Below are positions 37,801-50,100 of a stretch of 64,000 nt of DNA, in pieces. Location: assembly GCA_950097015.1 (NCBI GenBank), contig CATNEN010000010.1, forward strand, positions 2,418,001 through 2,482,000, read 5' to 3'. The translations under genes and the position numbers were made by a program. The notes beneath the pieces were generated by a model. It was not told where the DNA came from and ran no database searches. It worked only from the letters and a program-made list of their open reading frames with translations. This DNA comes from Macrostomum hystrix. Lineage: Eukaryota; Animalia; Platyhelminthes. The stretch's first letter is position 1; every line of letters begins with the position of its first letter.

Positions 37801-37995
37801 TCTCAGTAACTCTCCTATCTCAGTCACTCTCCAATCTCAGTAACTCTCCAATCTCAGTCACTCTCCAATCTCAGTCACTCTCCAATCTCAGTCACTCTCC
37901 AATCTCAGTCACTCTCCAATCTCAGTAACTCTCCAATCTCAGTCACTCTCCAATCTCAGTCACTCTCCAATCTCAGTTACTCTCCAATCTCTCCA
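37801..37995. repeat. 17-bp minisatellite
   Basis: Tandem CTCAGTCACTCTCCAAT. Confidence 0.93.
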
Positions 37996-38418
37996 CAATG
38001 TGACCCACAATGTCCTCATATTTGTTTTTCTGAATCCACTCTCTGCGACCGCTCAGCAGTCAGTGAGCGAAGCCCCCTTTCCAGGAAATGCGCTTTAAGC
38101 TCGAGAATATCCCGATAATAGCAGCGGCTGCGTAAGTTATTGATTTTCCAACCAGCCTTGGTTTATTCCTCTCCCCTGCCAGGACCTCCCGCCCTGCCCT
38201 AATCACCGGGGCCGTCTGTGCTCAAGTTTCTCTTCGGGCGCAGAGATTCCCAGCTCAGCAGCAGCAGCAGCGCGGGTAATTTGAGCGAAACGGAAGCCAA
38301 GAATGAGGCGGCTGCACAGATCTTCGGCCACGGATTTAGGCGGGCCGGGGAATCTTCCAAGCTCCGCTGTCTGTCCCTGCCCTGGCGGCCCGGACAGTTC
38401 TCGGACACAAAGTCCAGC

Positions 38419-41400
38419 ATGGCAGCGGCCTCGCCTGACACCGGCCTGCTGCACAGCATCGCTCAGGCCGACACCGAGATCGAAGCCCAGGTGCGGCTCA
38501 TGCTGGACGCCCGCCTGCGGCACTGCATCAAGTTCAACAAGCTGCCGAAGCTGCGGGCGGCGCTGCACGCAGGGGAGCCGGCCGGAGTCAACCTGCAGGC
38601 CTGCCTGGTCATGGCCGTCAGCGAGCGGCGGCCCGCCATCGTCAGCTACCTCATGCGGGAGCTGGGGGTGAGGCGGGGTGGCTCATGGTCTCAGAGAATA
38701 TGGTCATGGAGGGGGCGGGGTGGCTCATGGTCTCAGAGAATATGGTCATGGAGGGGGCGGGGTGGCTCATGGTCTCAGAGAATATGGTCATGGAGGGGGC
38801 GGGGTGGCTGATGATCTCAGAGAATATGGTCATGGAGGGGGCGGGTTGGCTCATGGTCTCAGAGAATATGGTCATGGAGGGGGCGGGGTGGCTCATGATC
38901 TGATTTGTGAAATGCACTTGCAGGTGCGGCTGCCATTTTATCACAGCGACTACGAGAACTGCGGCTGCAGCATCTGCTCAGCCATGGCTGCCGATCCTCG
39001 CTGTCTTCAGGTGAGCTTAGAGAGAGAACTTCTGCTCCTAGCAGCAATTGAACTGTCCAACTTGAGCAAGCAGTTTGGAATGCAGAAGCACTGACGAAAA
39101 CAATTTACCCGAGACCCTACAAGATTAACAATGGCATAAAGATATGGAAAGATAAGCAATGCACTATACCGCATGAATATAGGGTTGGGGGCACCGGTAC
39201 AGCATGGGTGACACGCTGGCACGCACTCACACAGGTGTGTACATCTGTGGTGTGTGGAGGTTGGCCCTCACGGGCGTACGACAAGCCAACAAGCCTTCTC
39301 TCCGCGGCTGCACCCTGAGTAAATGTGGCCTCAGAGCGGAATCGAGCTCAGGGACATTGGTGTGAGACTCGGACCGCTCGGCCACTCGCCCCTGCCAACC
39401 GTTGCCAAGGCCTCTTTCGAATGCTGCCAACACTTCCCCGCCCAGGTTTACGCCCTGGAGATTTTCCCCTGCGCCGTGTCGCCGCTGTACGTGTTCTGCC
39501 TGGAGACCTCCGAGGCGGCGCCGGACCCGGTCGTCTACTGCCTGCGCATGGCGGCCCGCCTTTGCCAGGCCCGCTCCGGCCTGCTGCAGCGCGGCCTCGT
39601 GAAAGCCTACAAGCTGAGCAAGCGGGCCATCTGCGCCTGCCTCGACCTCCTGCTGGACCAGACCGAGACCCGCCTGCAGGCCCGCCAGCTGCTGCTGCAC
39701 TGCGTTGAGCCTGAGCTGGCGGCCTGCACCAGTCAGTTCAGCCCGCACCTGGGTGAGTCTTCTCAGCCAGTCACTCAGCCAGTCACTCAGCCAGTCACTC
39801 AGCCAGTCACTCAGCCAGTCACTCAGCCAGTCATTCAGCCAGTCACTCAGCCAGTCACTCAGCCAGTCACTCAGCCAGTCACTCAGCCAGTCACTCAGCC
39901 AGTCACTCAGCCAGTCACTCAGCCAGTCACTCAGCCAGTCACTCAGCCAGTCACTCAGCCAGTCACTCAGCCAGTCACTCAGCCAGTCTGCGTCATCCCG
40001 CAGGCCGCACGCTGCTGCTGGCGGAGTTCCGCCTCACCAAACCGCTAGTCCACCGGGCCACCCAGACGGTGCTTGAGGCGGAGTTCTCGCGCGGCTCCGA
40101 GTTCCTTGGCGACATGTGGTCCGTGCTGGGCTTTGCCAAGATGCTGCTGGTCAGTGCAGTGGCGTTCTTTGTCCTGACTCCGGTGTCCATCCTGTTCCCG
40201 CACCCCAGCCTGGTTCGCTTCCTGAAGTCAGCGCGAGTCCTGGCTGTCATGGAGGTGGTTTCCATAGGAACCTACATGACGCTGATGCTGGCCGGGGCCA
40301 ACACCTCCAGCAACGACATCCAGGTTCGGGATCGCCTGCATCTGCCAACCTCCCATTCAGTTCCCTCATCCCCCATTCAGTTCCCTCATCTCCCATTCAG
40401 TTCCCTCATCTCCCATTCAGTTCCCTCATCTCCCATTCAGTTCCCTCATCTCCCATTCAGTTCCCTCATCTCCCATTCAGTTCCCTCATCTCCCATTCAG
40501 TTCCCTCATCTCCCATTCAGTTCCCTCATCTCCCATTCAGTTCCCTCATCTCCCATTTAGTTCCCTCATCTCCCATTTAGTTCCCTCATCTCCCATTTAG
40601 TTCTCTCATCTCCCATTCAGTTCCCTCATCTCCCATTCAGTTCCCTCATCTCCCATTTAGTTCCCTCATCTCCCATTCAGTTCCCTCATCTCCCATTCAG
40701 TTCCCTCATCTCCCATTCAGTTCCCTCATCTCCCATTCAGTTCCTTCATCTCCCATTCAGTTCCTTCATCTCCCATTCAGTTCCCTCATCTCCCATTCAG
40801 TTCCCTCATCTCCCATTCAGTTCCCTCATCTCCCATTCAGTTCCCTCATCTCCCATTTAGTTCTCTCATCTCCCATTCAGTTCCTTCATCTCCCATTCAG
40901 TTCCCTCATCTCCCATTCAGTTCCCTCATCTCCCATTCAGTTCCCTCATCTCCCATTCAGTTCCCTCATCTCCCATTCAGTTCCCTCATCTCCCATTCAG
41001 TTCCCTCATCTCCCATTCAGTTCTCTCATCTCCCATTCAGTTCCCTCATCTCCCATTCAGTTCCCTCATCTCCCATTCAGTTCTCTCATCTCCAATTCGG
41101 TTCCCTCATCTCTCATTCAATTTCGTGTTTCAGTCCATCGTCTGCTTCAACAGCGACGACAGCTACCTGCGCCTTCAGATGTTCGCCCTGGCCTTCATCG
41201 TGGCCCGCCTAATTGATGAGGCCTACAACCTCGGCCTGATGTCGGCAGGGCAGTTCTACGTCAGCATGTTCGACTACCTGCTGACTGTCAGCCTGGCGAT
41301 GCACTTCTCCTCGCTGCTTTTCCTGTCCATCTGGTCCAGCGACGTGGAAATCTTCGGCGTCAGCATGCCGCGCATTAGCCAGAGCCTCTGCAACGGCAGC

Positions 41401-43457
41401 GGGAACAGCTCCGTGCCCGGACCCGACCTGTGCACCGTGCTGCAGGCCCTCTACGACTCCGGCGACAGCCAGGACCTGGGCACCCTGCGCACACTCATGG
41501 AGCCCGTGTTCTACATCAACACCATCACCGGCTTGGGTGCGGCGTGCGGCCGACTGATAGGGGATGCGATGCGATGGGATGGGATGCGATGCGATGGGAT
41601 GGAATGGGAGAGGATGTGAGGGGATGTGAGAGGATGTGAGGGGATGTGAGAGGATGGGAGGGGATGTGAGAGGATGGGAGGGGATGGCAGAGGATGGGAG
41701 GGGATGTGAGAGGATGGGAGGGGATGGCAGAGGATGGGAGGGGATGGCAGAGGATGGGAGGGGATGGCAGAGGATGGGAGGGGATGTGAGAGGATGGGAG
41801 GGGATGTGAGAGGATGGGAGGGGTTGTGAGAGGATGGGAAGGGATGTGAGAGGATGGGAGGGGATGTGAGAGGATGGGAGGGGATGTGAGAGGATGGGAG
41901 GGGATGTGAGAGGATGGGAGTGGATGTGAGAGGATGGGAGGGGATGTGAGAGGATGGGAGGGGATGTGAGAGGATGGGAGGGGATGTGAGAGGATGGGAG
42001 GGGATGTGAGAGGATGGGAGGGGATGTGAGAGGATGGGAGGGGATGTGAGAGGATGGGAGGGGGTGGCAGGTGATGGGAGGGGATGTGAGAGGATGGATC
42101 GGAGAGGACAGATGGGATGGGATCAGAGGGGATGGACAGGAGAGGGGAGAGGATATCATAGCGGAATGGGAGCGGGTCATGAGGCTGGAAGTTGATTAGA
42201 TGCACTCAAGTGTGCAAGCAGCCGCTCACCCCTGCCCGCAGGCAATCTGTTCCTGTTCATATCTCTGGGCAATGTGTTCGTGTGGCAGAAGACCATGGGA
42301 GTCCTGGCCATCACTGTGCAGAGCATGATGAAGGATGTGGCCAAGTTCCTGTCTGTGCTGATCACGGTGCACATTGCCTACACCACCGCCATGACCAACT
42401 TGTACCGCAACTTCCAGTGTGGCGTCAGCGTGTTTGGCAGCACCTTCACCTCCATTGCGGTGACCTTCTTCTGGGCAATGTTCGGCATGACCACGCCGCA
42501 GGACTACACACTGACTGGCACCACCTCCACCTGGGACCAGTTCTTCAGTCCCATGCTGGCTGTACAGTTCGCAACCTTCATGGGTAAGGTTTAGGGCTGT
42601 GCTACTTGAAGGTTGCCTTCTCGATGGTTGCCTTCTCGATGGATGCCTTCTCGATGGTTGCCTTCTCGATGGATGCCTTCTCGATGGTTGCCTTCTCGAT
42701 GGTTGCCTTCTCGATGGTTACCTTCTCGATGGTTGCCTTCTCGATGGATGCCTTCTCGATGGTTGCCTTCTCGATGGATGCCTTCTCGATGGTTGCCTTC
42801 TCGATGGTTGCCTTCTCGATGGTTACCTTCTCGATGGTTGCCTTCTCGATGGTTGCCATCTCGATGGTTGCCTTCTCGATGGATGCCTTCTCGATGGTTG
42901 CCTTCTCGATGGTTGCCTTCTCGATGGTTGCCTTTTAATAGGACCACCCACCCCTCCACTCGAGTTCAGGCCAGATACTGTACGCCAGCTGGATGATCCT
43001 TGGCTTTGTTGTGTGCGTCAACCTGCTCATCGCCATGATGTCTGTCAGCTTCCAGCGCATCCAGAGCGACAAGGACAACAGCTGGCTGCGCGCCCGCACC
43101 CGCCGAATGATCCGCTTCACTCTAGTCCACCACCACCAGCTGCTGCCACTGCCGGTGCCCTACAACCTGGCCAGCCCCATCGTGTTCGCCGCGCACCACC
43201 TGCTCAGCAGCGTGCTGCCTGCTTCGACCGCTGACATTGTCGACGATGGCGACTCCGACAACGAGCGCGATCGACGAGTGCGGCGACAACAACTGCTTGA
43301 GGAGCTGCGGGATCGAATAGCCGTCGACCTCCGGTTGGAGACCTCAGCCGTGACGGCGGCGGCAGCGGCGGCAGCAGCGAGGACCTCCCGGAAAGCAGCG
43401 TCAACCGCTGAAGTTGATGAGCTTGCCTGCTGCGATGACGATGTCTTCAGCCAGTGA
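38419..43457 (+). CDS. Divergent TRPC-like cation channel; exons 38419-38667, 38924-39010, 39446-39752, 40004-40323, 41134-41536, 42242-42583, 42970-43457
   Basis: TRP_2-like H..CGCSIC, AVSPLY..DPVVYCL, KPLVHRATQ, MGVLAITVQSMMKDVAKF, pore FFWAMFG, S6 VNLLIAMMS, TRP-box position SWLRAR; all junctions phase-compatible. Start codon uncertain. Confidence 0.85.
38675..38900. repeat. 42-bp minisatellite, TRP intron 1
   Basis: GGGGTGGCTCATGGTCTCAGAGAATATGGTCATGGAGGGGGC, about 5 units. Confidence 0.95.
39762..39988. repeat. 12-bp minisatellite, TRP intron 3
   Basis: CAGCCAGTCACT, about 19 units. Confidence 0.96.
40348..41120. repeat. 20-bp minisatellite, TRP intron 4
   Basis: CCCATTCAGTTCCCTCATCT, about 38 units. 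Confidence 0.96.
41560..42100. repeat. 20-bp G-rich minisatellite, TRP intron 5
   Basis: GGGATGTGAGAGGATGGGAG units. Confidence 0.95.
42612..42935. repeat. 15-bp minisatellite, TRP intron 6
   Basis: GTTGCCTTCTCGATG, about 21 units. Confidence 0.96.
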
Positions 43458-43509
43458 CGAGCTGTGCGGAGAGACTTTCTTAGGGACTTTTGACTCGTCT
43501 GTCAAAGCA

Positions 43510-43690
43510 GTAGAACGACCACGCTATTTTTCCCCTGGGGAAAGACCGTGGGAAATTTCAAATACCCACTGCCTACTTCACGATAACTCCTTAACCGAAT
43601 GACCGATTTTGTGAAAGTCCTACCCATGGATAAATTTCCCACCCTTTACGATGAACTGACTTTCAAAACCGTCCGAAATCAGTCAGCATC
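43510..43690 (-). mobile_element. Helitron-like non-autonomous element 3' region, copy 1
   Basis: Homologous to 46318-46494. On the minus strand: CACAAAATCGGTCATTCGGTTAAGGAGTTATCG, terminal hairpin TTTCCCC-A-GGGGAAA, then CTAC|T. Confidence 0.5.
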
Positions 43691-44363
43691 GTCGAGATAT
43701 TCAACCATTCTTGTCGAAGGCCCAGGTGACAAGGACAACTGACATTGCTCTGTATAAACAGCCCGAGTGTGCTGCCCGAGCCATTGGTTTGGGCTGCATG
43801 CGCAGGGTCTGTGAAAGATACAATTCAGACTACTGACAACAGTAGAACAGCAAAGACTTGGCTGCAAAACTCTCACATAACACTAAAAAGTATCGCCATA
43901 AAAATGGCAAGCTTAAAAGAGACTTCTGTGCACACTGAGAGTGGTGGGAGAGGACTGCGTGTGACGAAGGCAAACAAGCCAGAAACCGGTCTCGGTCTGC
44001 CAGCGCGAGGTTCGTTCCCCACTTTTAGTGTGTTACAGGGTCACTGCGGCCAAGTCCCACTTTCTCTCCCACCCGAGTTCTGAAACGCATCGAATCTGTA
44101 AATTACGGCTAGAAAGGTGAAAGCGAGCTCGAAATTGCGGACCGAAACGCCCCAACCTGCGACTGCGGTATTAACGGGAGTGAAATAAAAATCGATATTG
44201 GAAATCCAGTCAGCCAGCCGTGTCTCGAGCTGCTTTTTATTATTGCAAAGCTGAAGTGGGAGCGGCACGGCGAGAGAGTTGAGCAGCGAGCAAGGGGAAA
44301 ATTCGCGAACCCTGAAATTCCAATCGACTCATCTCTACTCAACTCGAATCACTTCTCAAACCA

Positions 44364-45886
44364 ATGACTATGCGATTGTCCCCGACAAAGTTGCTGCTGC
44401 TGCTGCTGCTACTGCCAGCGCTACCCTCCGATCAGCTCTCGGTGTCGAAGGAGGACGCTGAGTTCCTCAATCGTCGGCACGCGCGCTTCGCTCGCCTGTT
44501 GAAGTCAGCGGACAATCAGGAGCGGCCACGGTCGCCGGAGCAGCAGTCAGCAGCCGCTGACGCGCTGTGGTCCGAGCTGCTGAACGTCACGAAGGTGGAG
44601 GAGGCAGACTATTACAAGCTGAAATCAGTGGGGTTGAGGGCCAAGGAGCCTCGGCCGCAGTTCGCTCGCAAGCTGGCGACGAAGGATGGGCCCTGCCAGC
44701 GGTTTTGCAACCCGCCGAATCCCTGCCCGCTGGGCCAGACGCCACAATCGACTGGCGGGCGCTGCCAGAACATAACCGCCGCGGACAGCACCGCCGACTA
44801 CAACAAGGCCTACCTGCGGCCCCAGGTGCTGGCGGGCACCTGCATCTGCGACGTGCAGCACAACCCGCTGTTCTGCAACGCTGACACCGCGCGCGAGGAA
44901 GATTCAGGCGATCAGCCAAGACCGTGAGGCACCATGGGACTGCAACTGAGTCTGAGACACTGAGGGGAGAAGGAGACACTGAGGGGAGAAGGAGACACTG
45001 AGGGGAGAAGGAGACACTGAGGGGAGATGGAGACACTGAGGGGAGATGGAGACACTGAGGGGAGAAGGCGACACTGAGGGGAGATGGAGACACTGAGGGG
45101 AGAAGGAGACACTGAGGGGAGAAGGAGACACTGAGGGGAGAAGGCGACACTGAGGGGAGATGGAGACACTGAGGGGAGAAGGAGACACTGAGGGGAGAAG
45201 GAGACACTGAGGGGAGAAGGAGACACTGAGGGTAGATGGACAAACTCAGGGGAGAAGGAGACACTGAGGGGAGATGGACAAACTCAGGGGAGAAGGAGAC
45301 ACTGAGGGGAGAAGGAGACACTGAGGGGAGATGGACAAACTCAGGGGAGAAGGAGACACTGAGGGGAGATGGACAAACTCAGGGGAGAAGGAGACACTGA
45401 GGGTAGATGGACAAACTCAGGGGAGAAGGAGACACTGAGGGGAGATGGACAAACTCAGGGGAGAAGGAGACACTGAGGGGAGATGGAGACACTGAGGGGA
45501 GATGGAGACACTGAGGGGAGAAGGAGACACTGAGGGGAGATGGACAAACTCAGGGGAGAAGGAGACACTGAGGGTAGATGGACAAACTCAGGGGAGAAGG
45601 AGACACTGAGGGGAGATGGACAAACTCAGGGGAGAAGGAGACACTGAGGGGAGATGGACAAACTCAGGGGAGAAGGAGACACTGAGGGGAGATGGACAAA
45701 CTCAGGGGAGAAGGAGACACTGAGGGAGACACTGAGGGGAGAAGGAGAGCAGGAGGAGAAGGAGAGCAGGAGGGAGAAGAGGCAGGCAATGTAACCAGGC
45801 CTTTCAGACGCAGAGGGTATCACAGAAATAAATCAGGGTTAGGGAACACTTTGATGAATCCAGTGATAATGGCAAGAAGAATATAA
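44364..45886 (+). CDS. Neuroendocrine protein 7B2-like PC2 chaperone; exon 44364-44923 plus putative exon 45808-45886
   Basis: Signal peptide, FCNPPNPCPLG motif, C..TADYNKAY..CICDVQH.LFC. The second exon is inferred; without it the CDS ends at 44927. Confidence 0.85.
44950..45750. repeat. 19-bp purine-rich minisatellite with a longer variant
   Basis: GACACTGAGGGGAGAAGGA, later alternating with GACAAACTCAGGGGAGAAGGA. Confidence 0.95.
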
Positions 45887-46317
45887 TTTTCAGATAATCC
45901 AAGAGCCTGCGAGTAAAGGAGGCAGCAGTGGAACCCGCATGACGAAATAAATAAATGCAAGCTTGACTGATAGTCTGACTATGCTCCACACGACCGACTT
46001 TGAGCTTGACTTTAACATTCTTTCAAAGGCAGAAAGCTGCTTAAAACAAGGCTGTGCAGCTGTTGTCTGATGACATTTTAATTGTCACAAATCACCGATG
46101 GATTATGAAAATGTAACGTTTACAGAACAATACCATGATTCTACTTACAGTAGCATAAGAAGTTGGCACAAAACGGACGTTTTTAATTTTTCGACATCAA
46201 AGGATTTTCATGTGGCATCAATGATGGCTGATTGCTAACCGAATTCTGTATCAGTCACCTCAAGGTCACACAAATATTCAAGCAGCTCAACGAACTATTA
46301 CTGAGCGATCCTAAACA

Positions 46318-46494
46318 CTAGGCAGACACGCTATTTTCCCCCTTGGGAAAACCAGGGGGTGTTACAACTACCCACTGACTACTTCACAATTGCTCCAAAA
46401 CCGAATGACAGATTCCCGTGAAAGTTCGCAATATGGATCAAATATTCTCACCTTAACGGTTAATTTACTTTAAAGGCTGTCCGACGTCAGCATC
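46318..46494 (-). mobile_element. Helitron-like non-autonomous element 3' region, copy 2
   Basis: Minus strand ends with hairpin TTTTCCC..GGGAAAA, 12 nt, CTAG|T, the canonical Helitron 3' terminus. Confidence 0.55.
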
Positions 46495-46506
46495 ATAATC
46501 AAAGGG

Positions 46507-47107
46507 TCACTGAGAAATCGCAGCGTGATAATCTGCGTTTTTCAGCGCAGAACAAAAAGTAGAAACACAAGGTTTGAAAACTGATTTATCGCAAAAATCA
46601 ATTGATCTTTGTACTTTTAGACAAATTTCGCACAGCAACAAATGAGCGCACGGCAGGGTCACGTGACTCCGGGCTCTGCGCCTGCAACTGATGCACCTGT
46701 CTGATGCCTCTTCGAAATCACGCTTCCTGCTGCTGGACAATGAATCTGAAGAAGACACTACCCGTTGCCCGGTCTCTGCTGCTCTGCCATCGGTCTCTGC
46801 TGCTCTGCCATCGGTCTCTGCTGCTCTGCCATCGGTCTCTGCTGCTCTGCCATCGGTCTCTGCTGTGCGGACGCTCCCGACGCATCAAGCAATGCGCTGA
46901 CGCTCAGCGCGGCCTCCACGTCGATCCCGTGACCGCAGTCGGGAAGCAGCCGCTCGCACTCGTGGATCAGCTCGATGAGGTCGCCCGGTCTGCTGGCCAG
47001 ACGGTCTCCCTGAGTCATGAAATGACGACAGGCGCAGAACATCACGCTGCTCCTGTCGAAGCCGTACGACTCGACCAGACCGAGCATCGACTTGCGCTCG
47101 AGCAGGT
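46507..47107 (-). pseudogene. IAP-like copy A, 3' part (UBA-like, 4x MAEQQRP, RING), frameshifted before the RING
   Basis: LLERKSMLGLVESYGFDRSS.., repeat, then stop GNG*. RING CISC..HVTLPCAHLLLCEIC is in another frame. Confidence 0.85.
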
Positions 47108-50100
47108 TGTTGTTGTTGTTGTTGGCGTACGGATCCCTCGCTAGGCATATGGGGGGCGCGCCAGCGCGCCCGTCGCCTCGACGAAGATCCGCACCCGATT
47201 CGGGGCCTCCCACAGGAGGGACATTGAGCCAGCAGAATGGAGGAGTTTGTGGCGTTGATCGGCCCACCTGGGGCATTCAAGCAGGAAGTGCCGCGTGTCC
47301 TCCTCGGGAGCGTTGCAGTGAGGGCAAGACGCAGCGGGTACCTTGCCCCAGCGGTGTAGAGTGGCTTGTAGGAAAGGCGCGCGGTTCGCCCTGAGTTGGA
47401 ACAGCGCCACCTCCGCCGCACGAGGCCAGGCACGGCCGACCTGCAGCCGTTTGCCGCCGCTGAGTCGGTGTGGGTGGTCCAGAGGGACTAGGTCTTTGTA
47501 GGCTCGGTCATCTTCCGCTTGACCTTGCCGCTTGAGAGCAGCTCTGAGTGCCGCGACCGGTGTTGGCATGTTCTCTTGCGGGAGCGAGCAGCCCCCGCGA
47601 GCCAGAATGTCGGCTTCCTCATTGAGCGCCAGCCCGGCGTGGCCCGGTACCCAGATTACAGTGGGCCGGTGGTCCGTGGCGAGCTGCTCCAGCAGAATGG
47701 ACGCCTGTGCAGTTGCGTGGTCTGTCTGGCATTTACGCTGTGACTGGAGCCGGTCGAAGAGCGCTTGGGAGTCGAACAGCAGCCAGACGGACATGCTGGG
47801 GCGTCCGTGGAGATTGGCCAGGGCCACCTCGAGACCAGCTGCGGCCGCAGCGGCCTCCGCGGTCGTTGAGCAGGTTAGGTGCCCCGCTGGGACACTGCCT
47901 CTGATGTCCCGGCTCCCTGGGGCCCGCTGCCGAATCAGGTAGCCGCCTCCTCCATTACGGATGCCTTCCTCTGCTGCGCCGTCGGTCCAGATCTGCAGGT
48001 CTGGTGGGTCTTCCTGCCTCAGGCGGTCTAGCAGCTCCAGGGTTCTTGTCCTCCGAACAACTGGTGCCTCGTCGCGGCTGGTTTCGACACGGACGAACCA
48101 GGTCGGGAGACTGCGGGACCAGGGGCGACGAAAGCAGGTGGGGGGGATACGGCCTTCCACCCGGTCGCGGCCTCCTTCCACAGTGCTCAGTGTCTCGATG
48201 GCCGACTCGCGCCAAGAGCTTCGGGTGCCCGCGGTCCTCGCCTTGAGTCTGGTGCGGGTGGCAGACGGGCTGGCCAGATCGCGAAGTAGATGCCCTTCAG
48301 GGAACTGCTGGCAGCGCAGGAGCAGCTCCGCGGCCCTCTGCCGGCAGATGGTGTTGAACGGCTAGAGGCCGGCGTCGTAGATTAGGGCGCGGGCCCGGGC
48401 TCCGGCGCCGACCCGTGTGATGATCCTAGCAGCGGCATAGTTGGCGGATTCGAGACGTTCGCGGTGGGTGGGGGCCAGGAACGGCCACCAAAGTTCAGCC
48501 CCGTATGGCCCTGCCGGACGAACGTAACTGCAGTAGAGGCGGTGTAGAGTCTCAAAGCTCGCACCCCAGGATCTCGCGGCAACGCAGCGGAGAGCCGCGA
48601 GCCTCCTGTGCAGCGCCGCGAGAGACTTCTTTGCTTGTTCAGCGAAATTGAGCTGCGAGTCGATCGTTACTCCCAGGACCTTGATCTCGCGCATGCAGGA
48701 GACGGTGTGTCCGCCGGCTTGCAGAGTGCCGCCGAACTTGCCGTTGAGCTCAGCCGGGTGGGTACTGATAAGGATGGCTTCAGTCTTCGCCGGCGCCAGC
48801 TTGAAGTGGTGTTCCTCGCACCAGCCGCTCACCGCGTCGATCGCGGCCTGCATCTGCACTGTAGCCGTCACCGGGGAGGCGTCTGATATCTTCACAGTGA
48901 GGTCGTCCGCGTATTGGATGGGCCTACACTTGGGTGCCGCCTGCTGAATGGCCCCGGGCAGGGTCCGAGTGGCGATGTTGAAGAGCAGAGGCGAGAGTGG
49001 ACTGCCTTGCGGTACGCCTTCTTTTAGGACTCGGAGTCGACTGAATTGTGTTCCCCAGCGGACGCAGGCGCGCCGGTCAGCCAGAAACGAGCGAAGCCAC
49101 CGCATCCAGCCGGCCGGTGCTCTGGCCCGAGCGAGCTCACGCAGGACCCCTAGGCGCCAAGTGCGATCGAACGCCGCTTGAAAGTCGAACGCGGCAAGCA
49201 AGGTCCTTGTCATTGGCCGTGTCTGAAGAGAGTCGAATGCTGGTTGAGCCAGCTGGGCCACGGCGTCGAGGGTGCTACGACCCGCTCGGAAGCCTGACTG
49301 CTCATCGGGGATCAGGCCGTTCTCTTCGGCCCAGGCATTCATGCGATTGTTGACCATGGCCTCGAGGGTCTTGCCTACACAGCTCAGCAGAGAGACTGGG
49401 CGGTAGGAGGCTGGGTCGTGGTTCGGCTTGTCTTTCTTAGCGATTGGACAAATGATGGCCGTGCGCCACGCTGAGGGGACTCTCCCCTCTCGCCAGCTCC
49501 TGTTCAACAGAGTCAAAAGCGCCCGCCGGCCTTCGTCTTGTAGTTTCTGCAGAAATGCTGAAGGGGCGGAGCCTGCGGAGCTCCGGAGGACGTCCGCCAG
49601 TTCCGCCATGTGAAATGGGGCCCCGCGTGGGTCTTTGCTGCATGTTCCGAGCGCTCTACGGACCTCGAGTCTGGCTCCTTGTTGGTCTGTTTTCGGGACT
49701 CTGAGCCGGCTGACTGCCACGTAGGTTTTAATCGCCAGGTCCGCTTTTTCCCTGTCCGTGGTTGCTGTCTTTTCGCCCTGCCGTAGCGGCGTGTCCGGGA
49801 GCGGCTGCCGGGCCCTACCATCCAGCGCCCGGATTGTCCGCCACACCTTGGATTCAGGTGCGCGGGTGGATAAGCCGGAGACGAATTGCCGCCTGGCTGC
49901 GGCCTTGGCCTGACTATAGACGCGATCCGCATTCTCGCGAGCAGTGCGGTAAGCCGCCGCTGCGTCCTCATCTCCCTGGGCAGCCCTGGAGTCTGCTAGC
50001 GTCTCACGCGTGGCCCGTTGTGCGGTTCGACAGCTGTCATTCCACCAGCTCTTGGGCTTCTTGACACTCCCTCGCGGGATGCAGCTGGCAGCGGAGAGAA

